A stretch of 64,000 nt of DNA. Origin: Candidatus Multivoradales bacterium. GTDB taxonomy: Bacteria > Acidobacteriota > Thermoanaerobaculia > Multivoradales > JAHEKO01. The stretch covers positions 1,376,001 to 1,440,000 of the forward strand of contig CBDCXM010000009.1 of assembly GCA_965223855.1 (NCBI GenBank). The letters run 5' to 3'. The notes beneath the pieces are model-generated. The model had not been told where the DNA came from and did no database searches. It worked only from the letters and a program-made list of their open reading frames with translations. The position numbers were made by a program, and so were the translations under genes. Below, one piece after another: positions 29,203-41,438 of this stretch; the first letter of the stretch is position 1; each line of letters opens with the position of its first letter.

Positions 29203-30738
29203 ATGGGGCAATCGGGCAAACGTTTCAGCAAGGTGCTGATCGCCAACCGCGGCGAGATCGCGGTGCGTGTGCTGAGGACCTTGCGCGAACTCGACATCCG
29301 CTCCGCCGTCGTCTTCTCCGACCCTGACCGGGCGGCGCTGCCGGTGCTCCTCGCCGACGAGGCCTACAGGGTCGGCCCGGCGCCGTCGGCCGAGAGCTAC
29401 CTGAGGGGCGAGGCGATCGCCGAACTCGCCGTGGAGATCGGTGCCGACGCGATCCACCCCGGCTACGGATTTCTGTCCGAGAACGCCGACTTCGCCCGGC
29501 TGTGCCGCGACAGGGGAGTCAAGTTCATCGGCCCGTCGCCCGAGGCGATGGCTTCGATGGGCTCCAAGATCGAGAGTCGGCGTCTCATGAAGGCCGCCGG
29601 TGTGCCCGTCGTGCCGGGTGGAGAGGATCCGCTGCCGACCGCTGCGGAGGCGGTCGCCTTCGCGGAGGAGATCGGATTTCCCGTCATGGTGAAGGCTTCG
29701 GCTGGTGGAGGCGGCAAGGGAATGCGCCTCGTCGAATCGGCGGAAGACCTGCCGTCGGCTTACCGGACGGCACGATCGGAGGCGGCGGCGAGCTTCGGCG
29801 ACGACGCCGTCTATATCGAGAAGTTCGTCCTCGAACCGCGGCACGTGGAGATCCAGATCCTTGGCGACGAGCACGGCAAGGTGGTGTCGCTCGGCGAGCG
29901 CGAGTGCTCGCTGCAGCGGCGGCATCAGAAGGTCGTCGAGGAGGCGCCGTCGCCGGTCGTCGACGCCGACCTGCGCCGCCGCATGGGAGAGGCGGCGGTG
30001 CGCGCGGCCGAGGCGGTCGGCTATGCCAACGCCGGCACGGTCGAGTTCCTCCTCGATCCGAACGGTGACTTCTATTTTCTCGAGATGAACACCCGCCTGC
30101 AGGTCGAGCATCCGATCACCGAGCAGGTGACGGGGGTCGACATCGTCCGCCAGCAGATCGCCGTTGCCCAGGGGGAGCCGCTCGACCCCCGGCTCGAGGG
30201 GATCGAGCCGCGCGGGCACGCCATCGAGGTGCGCCTCTATGCAGAGGACCCCTGGCGCGGCTTCACCCCGTCACCCGGGCGGATCGTCCGGCTGCGCCTC
30301 CCGGAGGGGCCGGGGGTGCGCAACGACTGCGGCGTGTACGAGGGAGGCGAGGTCTCGATCCACTACGACCCGATGATCGGCAAGCTGATCGCTTTCGGAG
30401 CCGACCGGGAAGAGGCGATGGACCGCCTCGGCCGCGCCCTGGCCGAGCTGAGGGTCGACGGCATCCGCACGACGGCGCCGCTCTTTCAGGCCCTTCTCGA
30501 AGACGGCGACTTCAGGAGCGGCAATTTCGACATCGGCATGCTCGACCGCAAGCTCGCGGCGGGAGAGCTCCAGCCCGATCCACCGGATCACCTGCGCAAT
30601 CTGACCATCGCCGCAGCCGCCCTCGAGCACCTCGAGCGGGGTGGCCGGAGAGCGGCGGACGCGAAGAGCGAAGGACGGCGCGACTACTGGCGCTCGGCCG
30701 GGCGCCGTGACGCGATCAGGGGGAGCGGATGGAGCTGA
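29203..30738 (+). CDS. accC: Acetyl/propionyl-CoA carboxylase, biotin carboxylase subunit
   Basis: KVLIANRGEIA, HPGYGFLSEN, GGGGKGMR, ECSLQRRHQK, EMNTRLQVEHP. Confidence 0.92.
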   Translation: MGQSGKRFSKVLIANRGEIAVRVLRTLRELDIRSAVVFSDPDRAALPVLLADEAYRVGPAPSAESYLRGEAIAELAVEIGADAIHPGYGFLSENADFARLCRDRGVKFIGPSPEAMASMGSKIESRRLMKAAGVPVVPGGEDPLPTAAEAVAFAEEIGFPVMVKASAGGGGKGMRLVESAEDLPSAYRTARSEAAASFGDDAVYIEKFVLEPRHVEIQILGDEHGKVVSLGERECSLQRRHQKVVEEAPSPVVDADLRRRMGEAAVRAAEAVGYANAGTVEFLLDPNGDFYFLEMNTRLQVEHPITEQVTGVDIVRQQIAVAQGEPLDPRLEGIEPRGHAIEVRLYAEDPWRGFTPSPGRIVRLRLPEGPGVRNDCGVYEGGEVSIHYDPMIGKLIAFGADREEAMDRLGRALAELRVDGIRTTAPLFQALLEDGDFRSGNFDIGMLDRKLAAGELQPDPPDHLRNLTIAAAALEHLERGGRRAADAKSEGRRDYWRSAGRRDAIRGSGWS

Positions 30739-31247
30739 TCGTCAAACACACCGACGGCGAGATGAAGGTCAAGATCGAGCGGCGGGGTGGCGAGTTCAAC
30801 CTGCAGATCGGTGATCAGTCCTACGTCATCCTCTCCGCGGAAGCGATGAACGGGGTGCGCAGCCTGCTGGTGGAAGGGATGCAATTCGAGGTCGCCGTCA
30901 GGAGCGTCGGCGAGGATCGTTACGAGGTGACGAGCAGCGGCGGCGTGGAGACGGTCCATGTGCAGGATCCCTTGACCGCGCTGGCCGAGTCGGCCCACGC
31001 CGAGGGTGCCGGCGGCGGCCGGCAGCGGGTCGACGCCTACATGCCGGGGCGGGTTACCTCGGTGCTGGTCGCGGAAGGGGACGCCGTCACCGCCGGGCAG
31101 GGCGTCGTCGTGCTCGAGGCGATGAAGATGGAGAACGAGATCCAGGCCGAGCGCGACGGCGTCGTCAGCCGCATCCATGTCGAAGCGGGGCAGGCGGTCG
31201 AGGGGGGAGACCCCCTGTTCGAGCTCGAAGCGGCCGAGACGGGCTGA
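30729..31247 (+). CDS. Biotin carboxyl carrier protein
   Basis: EAMKMENE biotinylation motif; coupled to the biotin carboxylase. Confidence 0.92.
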   Translation: MELIVKHTDGEMKVKIERRGGEFNLQIGDQSYVILSAEAMNGVRSLLVEGMQFEVAVRSVGEDRYEVTSSGGVETVHVQDPLTALAESAHAEGAGGGRQRVDAYMPGRVTSVLVAEGDAVTAGQGVVVLEAMKMENEIQAERDGVVSRIHVEAGQAVEGGDPLFELEAAETG

Positions 31248-31253
31248 GAGCGG

Positions 31254-32285
31254 CTACCCGCCGGAGCCGCCGCTGCCGGCGACGGTCCGCTCGACGATCG
31301 AGACGACCTCGTCGGCTTCGATGTCGCGCAGGCAGCGGTGGTGCAGCAGCGGGCAGCGCCGCCGGAAGCACGGCGCGCACCACCGGTCGCGGGTGACGAC
31401 GTGGTGGCCTTCGCCGGTGGGAGCGGTTCGGCTCGGGTCGGTGGGGCCGAAGAGTGCCACACAGCGGACGCCGACGGCGGCAGCCAGGTGCATCGGCCCC
31501 GAGTCGTTGGTGACGAGGACGCGGTGGTGGGAGAGCACCGCAGCCAGGTCCGCCAGATCGAGGTCGGGGCCCAGGACCGGATGGACCTTGCCGGTCTCCT
31601 CGTGCAGCCGTACGGCGAGCCAGGTCTCTTTCGGCCCGGCGAGAATCGTCAGCCGCGCCTCGGGCAGCGCGCGCCGCACCTGCCGCGCCGTCTCCTCGAA
31701 CCGCTCCCTCGGCCACTGCTTGGAGGCCCCGAACTCGGCGCCGGGGAAGAGCCCGACGATCGGTCCGGCGGCGATGTCGATGCCCGCGCGGGCCAGGCGT
31801 TCGGCGCCGCGCGCCGCGTGCTCCGGGCCCAGTTCGAGCCGCGGGGTCCAATCGCCGGGCGGCTCGACGCCCATCGCCGCGAGCAGCGGGGCGTAGTCCT
31901 CCACCTGATGAACGTCGGTCGGCGGTCGGGCGACGGCGGGGGCGAGCAGCGGGCTGCGGAATCCGCCCCGGTAGCCCCAGCGGGCGGGGATGCCGGCGCG
32001 GCGGGCGAGTCGAGCGGAGCGGAAGCTGTTCGGCAGCAGGACCGCCTCGTCGTAGCGCCCCTCGCGCAGCCGCGCCAGTCGCTGAGCGTCGTCGCTCGCC
32101 GCAACGGCCGCGGCGACGGCGGGAACCCGCTCGAGGAGCGGCACGAGGTGGGGCCGCGCCAGCACTTCGACGACCCGTCCGGAAGCTGCCAGCGCCTCGA
32201 GCACGGGGAACGCCATCACGGTGTCACCGACCCAGTTCGGCGCGACGACGACCGTCCTCGGGCTGCCGGTCCCAGGGGTGCTCAC
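31254..32285 (-). CDS. waaF: LPS heptosyltransferase II (GT9)
   Basis: Start GTG 32285; APNWVGDTVM, LPNSFRSA, PGAEFGASKQWP, NDSGPMHLAAA, LFGPT. Confidence 0.9.
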   Translation of the reverse strand: MSTPGTGSPRTVVVAPNWVGDTVMAFPVLEALAASGRVVEVLARPHLVPLLERVPAVAAAVAASDDAQRLARLREGRYDEAVLLPNSFRSARLARRAGIPARWGYRGGFRSPLLAPAVARPPTDVHQVEDYAPLLAAMGVEPPGDWTPRLELGPEHAARGAERLARAGIDIAAGPIVGLFPGAEFGASKQWPRERFEETARQVRRALPEARLTILAGPKETWLAVRLHEETGKVHPVLGPDLDLADLAAVLSHHRVLVTNDSGPMHLAAAVGVRCVALFGPTDPSRTAPTGEGHHVVTRDRWCAPCFRRRCPLLHHRCLRDIEADEVVSIVERTVAGSGGSGG

Positions 32286-33157
32286 GGCATCCTCCAGCGA
32301 TCGTGCATCCACAGCCATCTCGCCGGGCTCGCCCGGATCTCCGCCTCGACCGCTGCCATGTAACGCCGGGTCAGATCGACCACCGGGTCGGCGCCGTCGA
32401 TGCTGTCGGCGGAGATCGGCGCGCGGGCGACGATCCGGTAGCGCCCGTGCGGTGCCGGGTAGACGTAGATCGGCACGACGTCCGCGTGGTGGGCGAGCGC
32501 CAGCCGTGCGAGCAGGTTGGTCGTCAGCGCGGGGCGGCCGAAGAACGGCACCGTCACCGCGTCGCGCGGCGGGACCCGCTGGTCGACGAGGACGATCATC
32601 GACGTCCCCTGCCGTAGCGCCCTCGTGATCGCCCTTGCCGCGCCGTGCTTGTGGATGAGGCGCAGGCCGAAGGCGGTGCGGGCGCGATCGACGTAGCGGT
32701 CGAGGCGCGGATTGTCGAGCGGGCGGACGAGCGCGGCGACCGGCGGATGGTAGAGCGGCAGCGGCCGTCCCAGCAGCTCCCAGTAGCCGAAGTGGGCGGT
32801 CATGAAGAAGCGCGGTCGTCCGTCGCCGACGGTGTGCTCCCAGCCCTCGAGGCTCCAGCGCTCGCACAGCTCTCGGGGGCCGAAGCGTTCCCACGAGAGG
32901 AACTCGGCGGCGTGGGTCATCATCTGCCGGAACGCTCCGCGCACCACCTGGCGGCAGTCGCCGGCGTCGAGCTCGGGCAGGGCCGCCTCGACGTTGGCCC
33001 GCGCCAGACGACGCCGGGAGCCGAGCAGAGAGTGGGCGAGATCACCGAGCCTTCGACCGATCGCGCGCGTTCGACCGTGCGGAAGCGCGCGCAGACAGCC
33101 GCGCAGCAGGTGGAAGGCGCCGGCCTCGGCGGCGTGGAGAAGAGGTGCGTCCTTCAA
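32282..33157 (-). CDS. lpxL: Lipid A late acyltransferase (LpxL/HtrB family)
   Basis: Start TTG 33157; AHFGYWE, RPLDNP, VDQ, VPFFG, WLWMHDRW. Confidence 0.85.
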   Translation of the reverse strand: MKDAPLLHAAEAGAFHLLRGCLRALPHGRTRAIGRRLGDLAHSLLGSRRRLARANVEAALPELDAGDCRQVVRGAFRQMMTHAAEFLSWERFGPRELCERWSLEGWEHTVGDGRPRFFMTAHFGYWELLGRPLPLYHPPVAALVRPLDNPRLDRYVDRARTAFGLRLIHKHGAARAITRALRQGTSMIVLVDQRVPPRDAVTVPFFGRPALTTNLLARLALAHHADVVPIYVYPAPHGRYRIVARAPISADSIDGADPVVDLTRRYMAAVEAEIRASPARWLWMHDRWRMP

Positions 33158-34227
33158 CGTCCGCCCCCTTCGTCCGGCGACTCTCGACCGTCGGCCGCGC
33201 TGCCGAGTAACTCCTCCAACCGACCGTCCAGCCACTCGAGGAGCGCGGGTTCCGGTTCGGCCTCGAGCGGCAGCTCGGCGAGCGGCAGATCGAGGCGACC
33301 GAGCAACTTGACGCGGTCCTTGCTCGTGGTCAGGACCCACTCTGCACCGCTCTGTGCAAAGCCGGATTCGATCTCGCGCAACGTCGGGTCGGGGTAGGCA
33401 TGGTGGTCGGGAAGGCTCAGCGCACCGACAAGCTCGAAGCCGCTCTTCTCGACCGCGCGCTCGAACTCGGCCGGTCGCCCGATGGCGCTCACGGCGAAGA
33501 TCCGGCCATGCTGCGGCACCGCTCTGCCGTCGACGGTGCGGGCGGCTCCGATCTCGAACCGAGCGACGAACCCGGGACCGTCAAAGCCGTGCGGCCGGAG
33601 GGCCTCGGCCAGCGCGTCGCCGGCAGGGTCCTCGACTCCCACTCCGGTGAGGATCGCCGCGTCGGCGTGGGCGGCGGAGGCGAGCGGTTCGCGCAGTCGC
33701 CCTCCGGGCCACAGCCGGCCGCCACCGAACGGATCGGATCGCGGGAAGACCAGCAGGTCGAGGTCGCGCCAGAGATCGAGATGCGAGAACCCGTCGTCCA
33801 GAAGGAAGAGCTCCGGTGGCGGATCGAGCCGCTCGAGGGCGTGGCGACCGGCGTCGTAGCGTCGCGGGGCGACGACGACGGCCGCCCCTCGAGCCTCGCC
33901 GGCGAGCAACACGGGTTCGTCCCCGGCGACGGCCGGGCCGAGGAGCGGGCCGTCGCCGGTCGAGACGACTCGCACCTGGCGGTCCTTCCTGCCATAGCCG
34001 CGCGACAGGATCGCCGGTCGCAGGCCCTGGGAGACGAGGTGGCGCGCCAGGGCGGCGGTCAGCGGTGTCTTGCCACTGCCCCCCCAGTGGAGGTTGCCGA
34101 TCGAGACGACCGGTCGCGGCAGCCGTCGTGCGCGGGCTGCGCTGCGGCGTCGTCGCAGCCGATGAGCGGCGGCGTAGATCCGCTGCCACGGCGAGCGGCC
34201 GGCAACCGCGAGCGGAAGAGCGCTCAT
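33154..34227 (-). CDS. lpxK: Tetraacyldisaccharide 4'-kinase
   Basis: VSIGNLHWGGSGKTP, LSRGYG, GDEP, LDDGFSH, LREP, TTSKD. Confidence 0.95.
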   Translation of the reverse strand: MSALPLAVAGRSPWQRIYAAAHRLRRRRSAARARRLPRPVVSIGNLHWGGSGKTPLTAALARHLVSQGLRPAILSRGYGRKDRQVRVVSTGDGPLLGPAVAGDEPVLLAGEARGAAVVVAPRRYDAGRHALERLDPPPELFLLDDGFSHLDLWRDLDLLVFPRSDPFGGGRLWPGGRLREPLASAAHADAAILTGVGVEDPAGDALAEALRPHGFDGPGFVARFEIGAARTVDGRAVPQHGRIFAVSAIGRPAEFERAVEKSGFELVGALSLPDHHAYPDPTLREIESGFAQSGAEWVLTTSKDRVKLLGRLDLPLAELPLEAEPEPALLEWLDGRLEELLGSAADGRESPDEGGGR

Positions 34228-35480
34228 TCGAGCCTCGCCAGCAGCGGGGCGAGTGCCTCCAGCGTGCGTGCGGTCGCGCCCCGATGGCTCTCGACGAGCT
34301 CCCTGGCGCGGATTCCGAGTTCCTCGAGGTCGCCATCAAGAGCGGCGCCGAAGAAGGCGGCGAGGTCGTCGACCTCCGCGACCCTCCTCCAGGCGGCGGC
34401 CTCGTCGAACCTTGCCGCCGTGTCCTTGAAGTTGTGCATCGACGGGCCGACCGCGGTCGGCACGCCGAACAGTGCCGGCTCGATCGGGTTGTGACCTCCG
34501 GTCGGAGCGAGGGTGCCGCCGACGAAGGCGGCGACGGCGAGGCGATAGATGGCGGCGAGCTCGCCGAGGCTGTCGAGCAGCACGACGTCCGGCCTTCCAG
34601 CCTCCGCGGCCTGGGCGGGCTCGAGATCGCCGCGCCGGACGAGGGTGAAGCCGCCGCCCTCGATCTCGCCGGCGACCTCGTTCCATCGCTCGGGATGGCG
34701 TGGGGCCACCACCAGCAGCGCCTCGCGCCCGCCGGTCGCGCGCCGGAAGGCGTCGAGGACGGTCGCCTCCTCGCCGGGCATGGTCGATCCGGCGACGACG
34801 ATCGGCCGCCCGCCGGCGAGCGCTTCGAGGCAAGCCTCTGCCTCCTCTGCCGGCGGCGGCGCCTCGGCGTCGAACTTGAGGTTGCCGGTCACATGGATGC
34901 GACGCGCTTCGACCCCCAGCGCCTCGAGACGCTCGCGATCGAGTTGCGTCTGAACGGCGAACCGGTCGACCGCCCCGTACAGGCGCCGGGCGAGCGACTT
35001 CCAGCGCTGCCAGCGGCGGAAGGTGCCGTCGCCGACCCTCCCGTTGACCACCGCGATCGGGATCGAGCGGCGCCGGGCGTGGCGCAGCACCAGCGGCCAG
35101 TAGTCGCCCTCGACCAGCACCAGGGCTCGTGGGGCGAAGCGGCCGAGGAAGCGGCGCACGGCGAAGCCGAGATCGAACGGGAAGTAGGCGATCGCAGCCC
35201 TCGACCCGAGGAGCGCGATCGCCTGCTGCTGGCCGGTGGGGGTGGTGGTCGTCACGACGAGATCGCGTTCGGCTCCCAGGCCGGCTGCCAGCGTCGCCGC
35301 GACGCGCGCCTCGCCGACCGACACCGCATGCAGCCAGAGCGGCTCTTCCACCCGCCTGCCGTCGTATCCACCGAGCCGTCCTCGAAGGGTCGGCAGATAG
35401 TGTCGGCCACGACGCAGGAGGAGCAGCGGTCCGGCGACGGCCAAGGCGGCCGCGACCGCTGTCTGGTAGAGGATCCACAT
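34224..35480 (-). CDS. waaA: 3-deoxy-D-manno-octulosonic acid transferase
   Basis: Start ATG 35480; WLHAVSVGE, TGNLKFD, AGST, APRHPER, GGHNPIEPA. Confidence 0.95.
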   Translation of the reverse strand: MWILYQTAVAAALAVAGPLLLLRRGRHYLPTLRGRLGGYDGRRVEEPLWLHAVSVGEARVAATLAAGLGAERDLVVTTTTPTGQQQAIALLGSRAAIAYFPFDLGFAVRRFLGRFAPRALVLVEGDYWPLVLRHARRRSIPIAVVNGRVGDGTFRRWQRWKSLARRLYGAVDRFAVQTQLDRERLEALGVEARRIHVTGNLKFDAEAPPPAEEAEACLEALAGGRPIVVAGSTMPGEEATVLDAFRRATGGREALLVVAPRHPERWNEVAGEIEGGGFTLVRRGDLEPAQAAEAGRPDVVLLDSLGELAAIYRLAVAAFVGGTLAPTGGHNPIEPALFGVPTAVGPSMHNFKDTAARFDEAAAWRRVAEVDDLAAFFGAALDGDLEELGIRARELVESHRGATARTLEALAPLLARLE

Positions 35481-35515
35481 GGTCGGGGGAGAGGCTGAGG
35501 CAGCCCGGCCGGCAG

Positions 35516-35521
35516 TATAAT
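35516..35521 (+). promoter_or_regulatory. Candidate sigma-70 -10 element (TATAAT) for the ECF sigma operon
   Basis: Perfect TATAAT in the short divergent gap of a very GC-rich genome; overlaps TATACT on the minus strand facing waaA. Confidence 0.5.
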
Positions 35522-35618
35522 CGCTGCAATCTTCGTGGGTTACGGTCCCGACGGTCGCCTGACGCCGGCTTCTAGACGCCCGACCCCGCTCGGCCGTACT
35601 ACCACTGGAGTCTTGAAC

Positions 35619-36266
35619 GTGCCGGAACTCGTCCCACTGCCTGAGCCCCCCTCCGAACCGACGGACCAGAAGTCGTCCGGCGACGTCAGCGATCGCGATC
35701 TGCTGCTGGCGATGGCGGAGGGGGACGAAGGCGCCCTGGACCGACTGATCGATCGCAAGACGGGGCCGCTCCTGCAGCTCGGCTGGCGGGTCACGGGCGA
35801 TCGCGAGGATGCTCGCGACGTCGCTCAGCTCACCTTCGTCCGAGCCTGGGAGCATCGGGAACGTTACAACCCTCGCTACAGCCCGAATACCTGGCTCTAC
35901 CGGATCGCCACCAACCTCGCGATCGATCTGGTGCGATCCCGCAACACCCGCGACCGCAACAGCGAACCGGTCCGGCATCACTATGTGCGGCTCGCCGATT
36001 CGCGGCGCACCAGTGTCGCCCAGCTCGAGGAGCGGGAGGTCACCCGCATCCTGCACGAGTTGGCCGGCGAGCTGACCGAGCGCCAGCGAGCGGTGTTCGT
36101 GCTGAGGGAGGTGGAGCGGTTGCCGTCGTCCGAGGTGGCGGCGATTCTCGGCTGCCGTGCCTCCACGGTGCGCAACCACCTCTTTGCAGCCCGCAAGGTG
36201 CTGCGCCGGGCGCTCGAGGAGCGCTACCCCGAGTACGTGGCCCGTCGGCGCGGAGGTGGGGAGTGA
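35619..36266 (+). CDS. ECF-type RNA polymerase sigma factor
   Basis: DARDVAQLTFVRAW, TWLYRIATNLAID, EVAAILG...STVRNHLFAARK; start GTG 35619 after GGAG. Confidence 0.9.
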   Translation: MPELVPLPEPPSEPTDQKSSGDVSDRDLLLAMAEGDEGALDRLIDRKTGPLLQLGWRVTGDREDARDVAQLTFVRAWEHRERYNPRYSPNTWLYRIATNLAIDLVRSRNTRDRNSEPVRHHYVRLADSRRTSVAQLEEREVTRILHELAGELTERQRAVFVLREVERLPSSEVAAILGCRASTVRNHLFAARKVLRRALEERYPEYVARRRGGGE

Positions 36267-36751
36267 CGGGTCACTGCCCGGACTGGGATCGGATGCTCGC
36301 GCATCGGGACGATCCGCAGCTCGACCCGCCCGCCGGCTGGCAGGCGGCGCTCTCGCATCTCGACCACTGCGATCGCTGCCGTCGCGAGGCGCTCGACCGG
36401 GACCCTCTGCTGGTCTTCCAGGGTGCCGCGGGCTGGGAGCCCGACGAGGGCGAGGTCGAGGCGGTGCGAGCGGGCGTAGATGTGGTCCGCCGTTCGCGGC
36501 AGCTCGTGCCGGTTGCTACCCGGCGGTCGAGCGGCTACCGGTGGGCCGCTGCTTCGTTGTTCGTCGGCTCGCTCTTGCTGCTGCCGTCGACCATCGGCCG
36601 CGACGAGGACGACCCGTGGTCGCTGCGACAGGTGACGAGCGCGCCGGCACAGGCGATCGACGGTCTCGACCGTCCGACGGCGCGCGTCTACGAGTGGGGT
36701 GGTGAGGACCTGTCGGTGGTGATGGTCGTCGATGAATCGCTGGACGTCTAG
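36263..36751 (+). CDS. Putative zinc-finger (HxxxCxxC) membrane anti-sigma factor
   Basis: HLDHCDRC, single TM helix, start overlaps the sigma stop. Confidence 0.75.
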   Translation: MTGHCPDWDRMLAHRDDPQLDPPAGWQAALSHLDHCDRCRREALDRDPLLVFQGAAGWEPDEGEVEAVRAGVDVVRRSRQLVPVATRRSSGYRWAAASLFVGSLLLLPSTIGRDEDDPWSLRQVTSAPAQAIDGLDRPTARVYEWGGEDLSVVMVVDESLDV

Positions 36752-37502
36752 CCGGCTGTGCCCGTTCTTCGCAGAAGGGTCGCGGCGGTCGTCGATCGCG
36801 ATCGCGGCGCTGACGCTGGCGTCGCTCATCCTCCCCGCTCCGGCAGGGGCGCAGCAGCCGGCGGAGGAGCTGGTGGTGACGATCTTCACCCTCGAGTACC
36901 GGTCGACCCTCGAGGCGATCGCCGCGGTCGAGGGGCTGCTGAGCTCCGCCGGCAGCGTCGAGCTGCAGCCGAGCGACAACGTCCTCGTCGTTCGGGACAC
37001 GGCCGCAGTGATGCGTGCCGTGCGCTCCCGCCTGCGGACCTTCGACACGCCGCCGCGGAGGGTGCGGGTCGAGTTGCAGGTCGTGCGGGCCGGGAGCTCC
37101 GGCGAGCGCGGCGGCTCGCCGAGGTTGGCGGCGCCCCTCGCCGAGCGGCTGCGCGAACTGCTCGGTTTTCGCGACTTCCGGCTGCTGGCGCGCGCCACGC
37201 TCGAGGCTTCCGAGGGGGAGACGATCCGCCACGAGTTTGGAACCGGCTGGGAGGTGGGCTTTGTTTCCGCCGCCGACGTCTCTCCAGCGACCCTGCGTCT
37301 CGAGAACTTCGTGCTCTCCCGTGGGCGGGGTGAAGAGGCGCGGCCGTTGATCCACACCAACCTCAACCTCACCGCCGATCGGCCGATGGTGCTCGGCCTG
37401 GCACAGACCGAGACGAGCGAGACCGCACTGATGGTGGTCCTGACCTGGATCGAGCTGCCGGTTTCTCCGCCGGGGCGGGCCGCTTCATCGGAGGAGCGCT
37501 GA
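36732..37502 (+). CDS. Exported protein with secretin N-domain (NolW-like) repeat
   Basis: IFTLEYRS...LLSSAGSV...NVLVVRD...FDTPPRRVRVELQVV; start uncertain. Confidence 0.65.
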   Translation: MNRWTSSRLCPFFAEGSRRSSIAIAALTLASLILPAPAGAQQPAEELVVTIFTLEYRSTLEAIAAVEGLLSSAGSVELQPSDNVLVVRDTAAVMRAVRSRLRTFDTPPRRVRVELQVVRAGSSGERGGSPRLAAPLAERLRELLGFRDFRLLARATLEASEGETIRHEFGTGWEVGFVSAADVSPATLRLENFVLSRGRGEEARPLIHTNLNLTADRPMVLGLAQTETSETALMVVLTWIELPVSPPGRAASSEER

Positions 37503-38719
37503 TGGAATTCCTCTGCCGGATCGGCACCCCGGAGGGGCAGGTCCTCGAGCGGGTCTACGAAGGTGACGACGCGAGGGCCGTTCGCGGCGAACTCGAGAAG
37601 AAGGGTTTCTACGTCTTCGACGTGCGCAGGCGCGGCCTCCTGGCGGCGCTGGGGAATCCGTGGAGCGCCGGCGCAGCGAGCAAGGTGCCGATTCGCGAGC
37701 TCCTTGTGTTCAATCGCGAGCTGATCGCCCTGCTACGTTCGGGGTTGCCGTTGCTGCAGTCGCTCGATCTGCTCAAGGACCGGCCGCGTGACGCCGGCTT
37801 CCGCGAGGTGCTCGCCGAGGTGCGGGACCGGGTCAAGGGGGGAGAGTCGATGTCGGAGGCGTTCGCCTCGTTCGGCGATCGGCTGCCGGCGCTCTTCGCC
37901 CCCACCCTTCAGGCGGGCGAGCGCAGCGGCGAGCTCGAGGGGGTGCTCAACCGCTTCGTCCGCTACCAGAAGATCGTCCTCGACACCCGCAAGCGGGTCA
38001 TCTCTTCGTTGATGTACCCGGCGGCGCTGATCACCCTGTCGCTGATCCTCATTCTCGTCATGACGGCCTACGTGCTGCCGAACTTCGACACCTTCTTCGC
38101 ATCGCTGGGCGCGGAGCTTCCGGCGCTCACGAGGATCGTGATGACGGTGGCGAACACTCTGCGCGGTAGCGCCGTCTGGATCGTCGTCGGCGGCATCGCC
38201 GGCGTGTTCCTTCTGCGCCAGTGGGGCCGCAGCGACGGCGGCCGGCGCTGGATCGACGGCGTCAAGCTGCGGATCCCGCTTCTCGGCATCGTTTTCGAAC
38301 GGATGGCGCTTTCGGAGTTCTGTCGCTCGCTCTCGACGCTGCTGGCGGGCGGCATCCCGATCGTCCCGTCGCTCGACACGAGCGTCGGAGCGATCGGCAA
38401 TGCGGCGATCCGTGCCCGCCTCGAGCCGCTGCCGGGAGCCGTGCGCGAGGGGGTCTCGCTGGCGGAGTCGCTGCGAGCGACAGGGGTCGCCGAGGACCTC
38501 ATGATCGACATGGTGCAGGTCGGCGAGACCACCGGAGCGCTCGATCAGATGCTGACCGACGTCTCGGACTTCCTGGACGAGGAGGTCGAGACCCGCATGG
38601 AGCGCATTCTCGGTTTGATCGAGCCGGCGATGTTGGTCATCATGGCCTCGCTGGTCGCGATCCTGCTGGTGGCCGTCTATCTGCCGATGTACAGCCTGCT
38701 GGGGAATCTCGGGATCTGA
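37502..38719 (+). CDS. Type II secretion / type IV pilus inner-membrane platform protein (GspF/PilC)
   Basis: LLRSGLPLLQSL, AGERSGEL, SLMYP, VGETTGALDQML, LIEP...YLPMY. Confidence 0.93.
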   Translation: MEFLCRIGTPEGQVLERVYEGDDARAVRGELEKKGFYVFDVRRRGLLAALGNPWSAGAASKVPIRELLVFNRELIALLRSGLPLLQSLDLLKDRPRDAGFREVLAEVRDRVKGGESMSEAFASFGDRLPALFAPTLQAGERSGELEGVLNRFVRYQKIVLDTRKRVISSLMYPAALITLSLILILVMTAYVLPNFDTFFASLGAELPALTRIVMTVANTLRGSAVWIVVGGIAGVFLLRQWGRSDGGRRWIDGVKLRIPLLGIVFERMALSEFCRSLSTLLAGGIPIVPSLDTSVGAIGNAAIRARLEPLPGAVREGVSLAESLRATGVAEDLMIDMVQVGETTGALDQMLTDVSDFLDEEVETRMERILGLIEPAMLVIMASLVAILLVAVYLPMYSLLGNLGI

Positions 38720-38852
38720 GCGACCGACGGACACGAGAGCGACCGCCTAGACGATGCGCCGCGAGGGCCGTATTCCTTCGTGGGGACTGCGTCCTCGCCA
38801 CCCGCCCGAGGGCGAGGCGGCGCGACCGAACCTCTGAACCCCACAAGATCCG

Positions 38853-40490
<1,638 letters not shown>

Positions 40491-41438
40491 CCGCCTCCTG
40501 GGGACCGACCCCAGGCCGGTGCCTCCGGACGTCTTCCTGCTCGACGAGCGGAAGCTCTCGTTCGGCCGTTTCGTGCGCGCGGAGAGCGGCTTCGAGATCG
40601 AGGACTTCCTGGTGGCGGAGCTCCCCGAGGAGCTCTTCGGCGAAGGGGCGCTCGGGGCGCCGATGCACGACCCGGGGCTGTTCCGCCCTGTGCTCCGCGA
40701 GCTCCTGGGGCACCTGGATACCGCTCCCACCGAGGCGTCCCTGGTACTGCCAGACGCCTGGCTGCGGCTCTCGTTCGCCGAGCTCGCCGACCTGCCGCCG
40801 CGCGGCGTGAAGCGGCAGGAGGCGCTGCAGTGGAAGCTCAAGCGCCAGGTGCCGTTCCCGGTGGAGGACCTGCGTCTCCAGGCGGTCGAGGTGGCAGCCC
40901 TGCCCGATCAGGAGGAGCCGGTGCGTGCGCTCGTCGGCTACGGCATCGAGGCGCTCTTCTCGCAGTTGGAGGGAGTGTTCGCCGAGTGTGACGTACAGCT
41001 CGGGCAGCTCCTCAACCGCAGTCTGGCGACCGCGACAGCGGTGCGCGAAGTCGTGGGAGGCCTCGAGCTGGCGGTCGTGGTGCTGGTGTCGGAGCACGGC
41101 TACAGCCTCACGTTCACCCGTCGCGGCGAGCCGATGCTCCACCGCTTCCGTGCTCTCACCCGCGGGCTCAGCGGTGACGACGCCGCGGAACTCGTCCGCC
41201 GGGACCTGAGGCTGACCCGCGCCTTCGTCGAGGAACAGCTCCCCGGGAGCGAGCCGGGAAGGGTGCTCCTCGCTTCGACCGAGGCGAACCGCCGCTTCTG
41301 GCTCGACAGCCTGGAAGCGGGGCTGCGAGCGACCCCCGTCGCTCTCGAACGTGAGCAGTTGCCGTTGCGGGGCAACCTGCCGGATGCCGCGATGGCGCAG
41401 CTCGCACCGATGGTCGGCGCCGCGTGGCAGGAGTTCGC

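Noticed and set aside
34224-36179. Apparent long N-terminal extensions or fusions of waaA (also the 11912-14206 kinase, waaF and pilW)
   Set aside because: Extensions overlap other real genes and are artefacts of first-start ORF calling; internal starts give normal lengths
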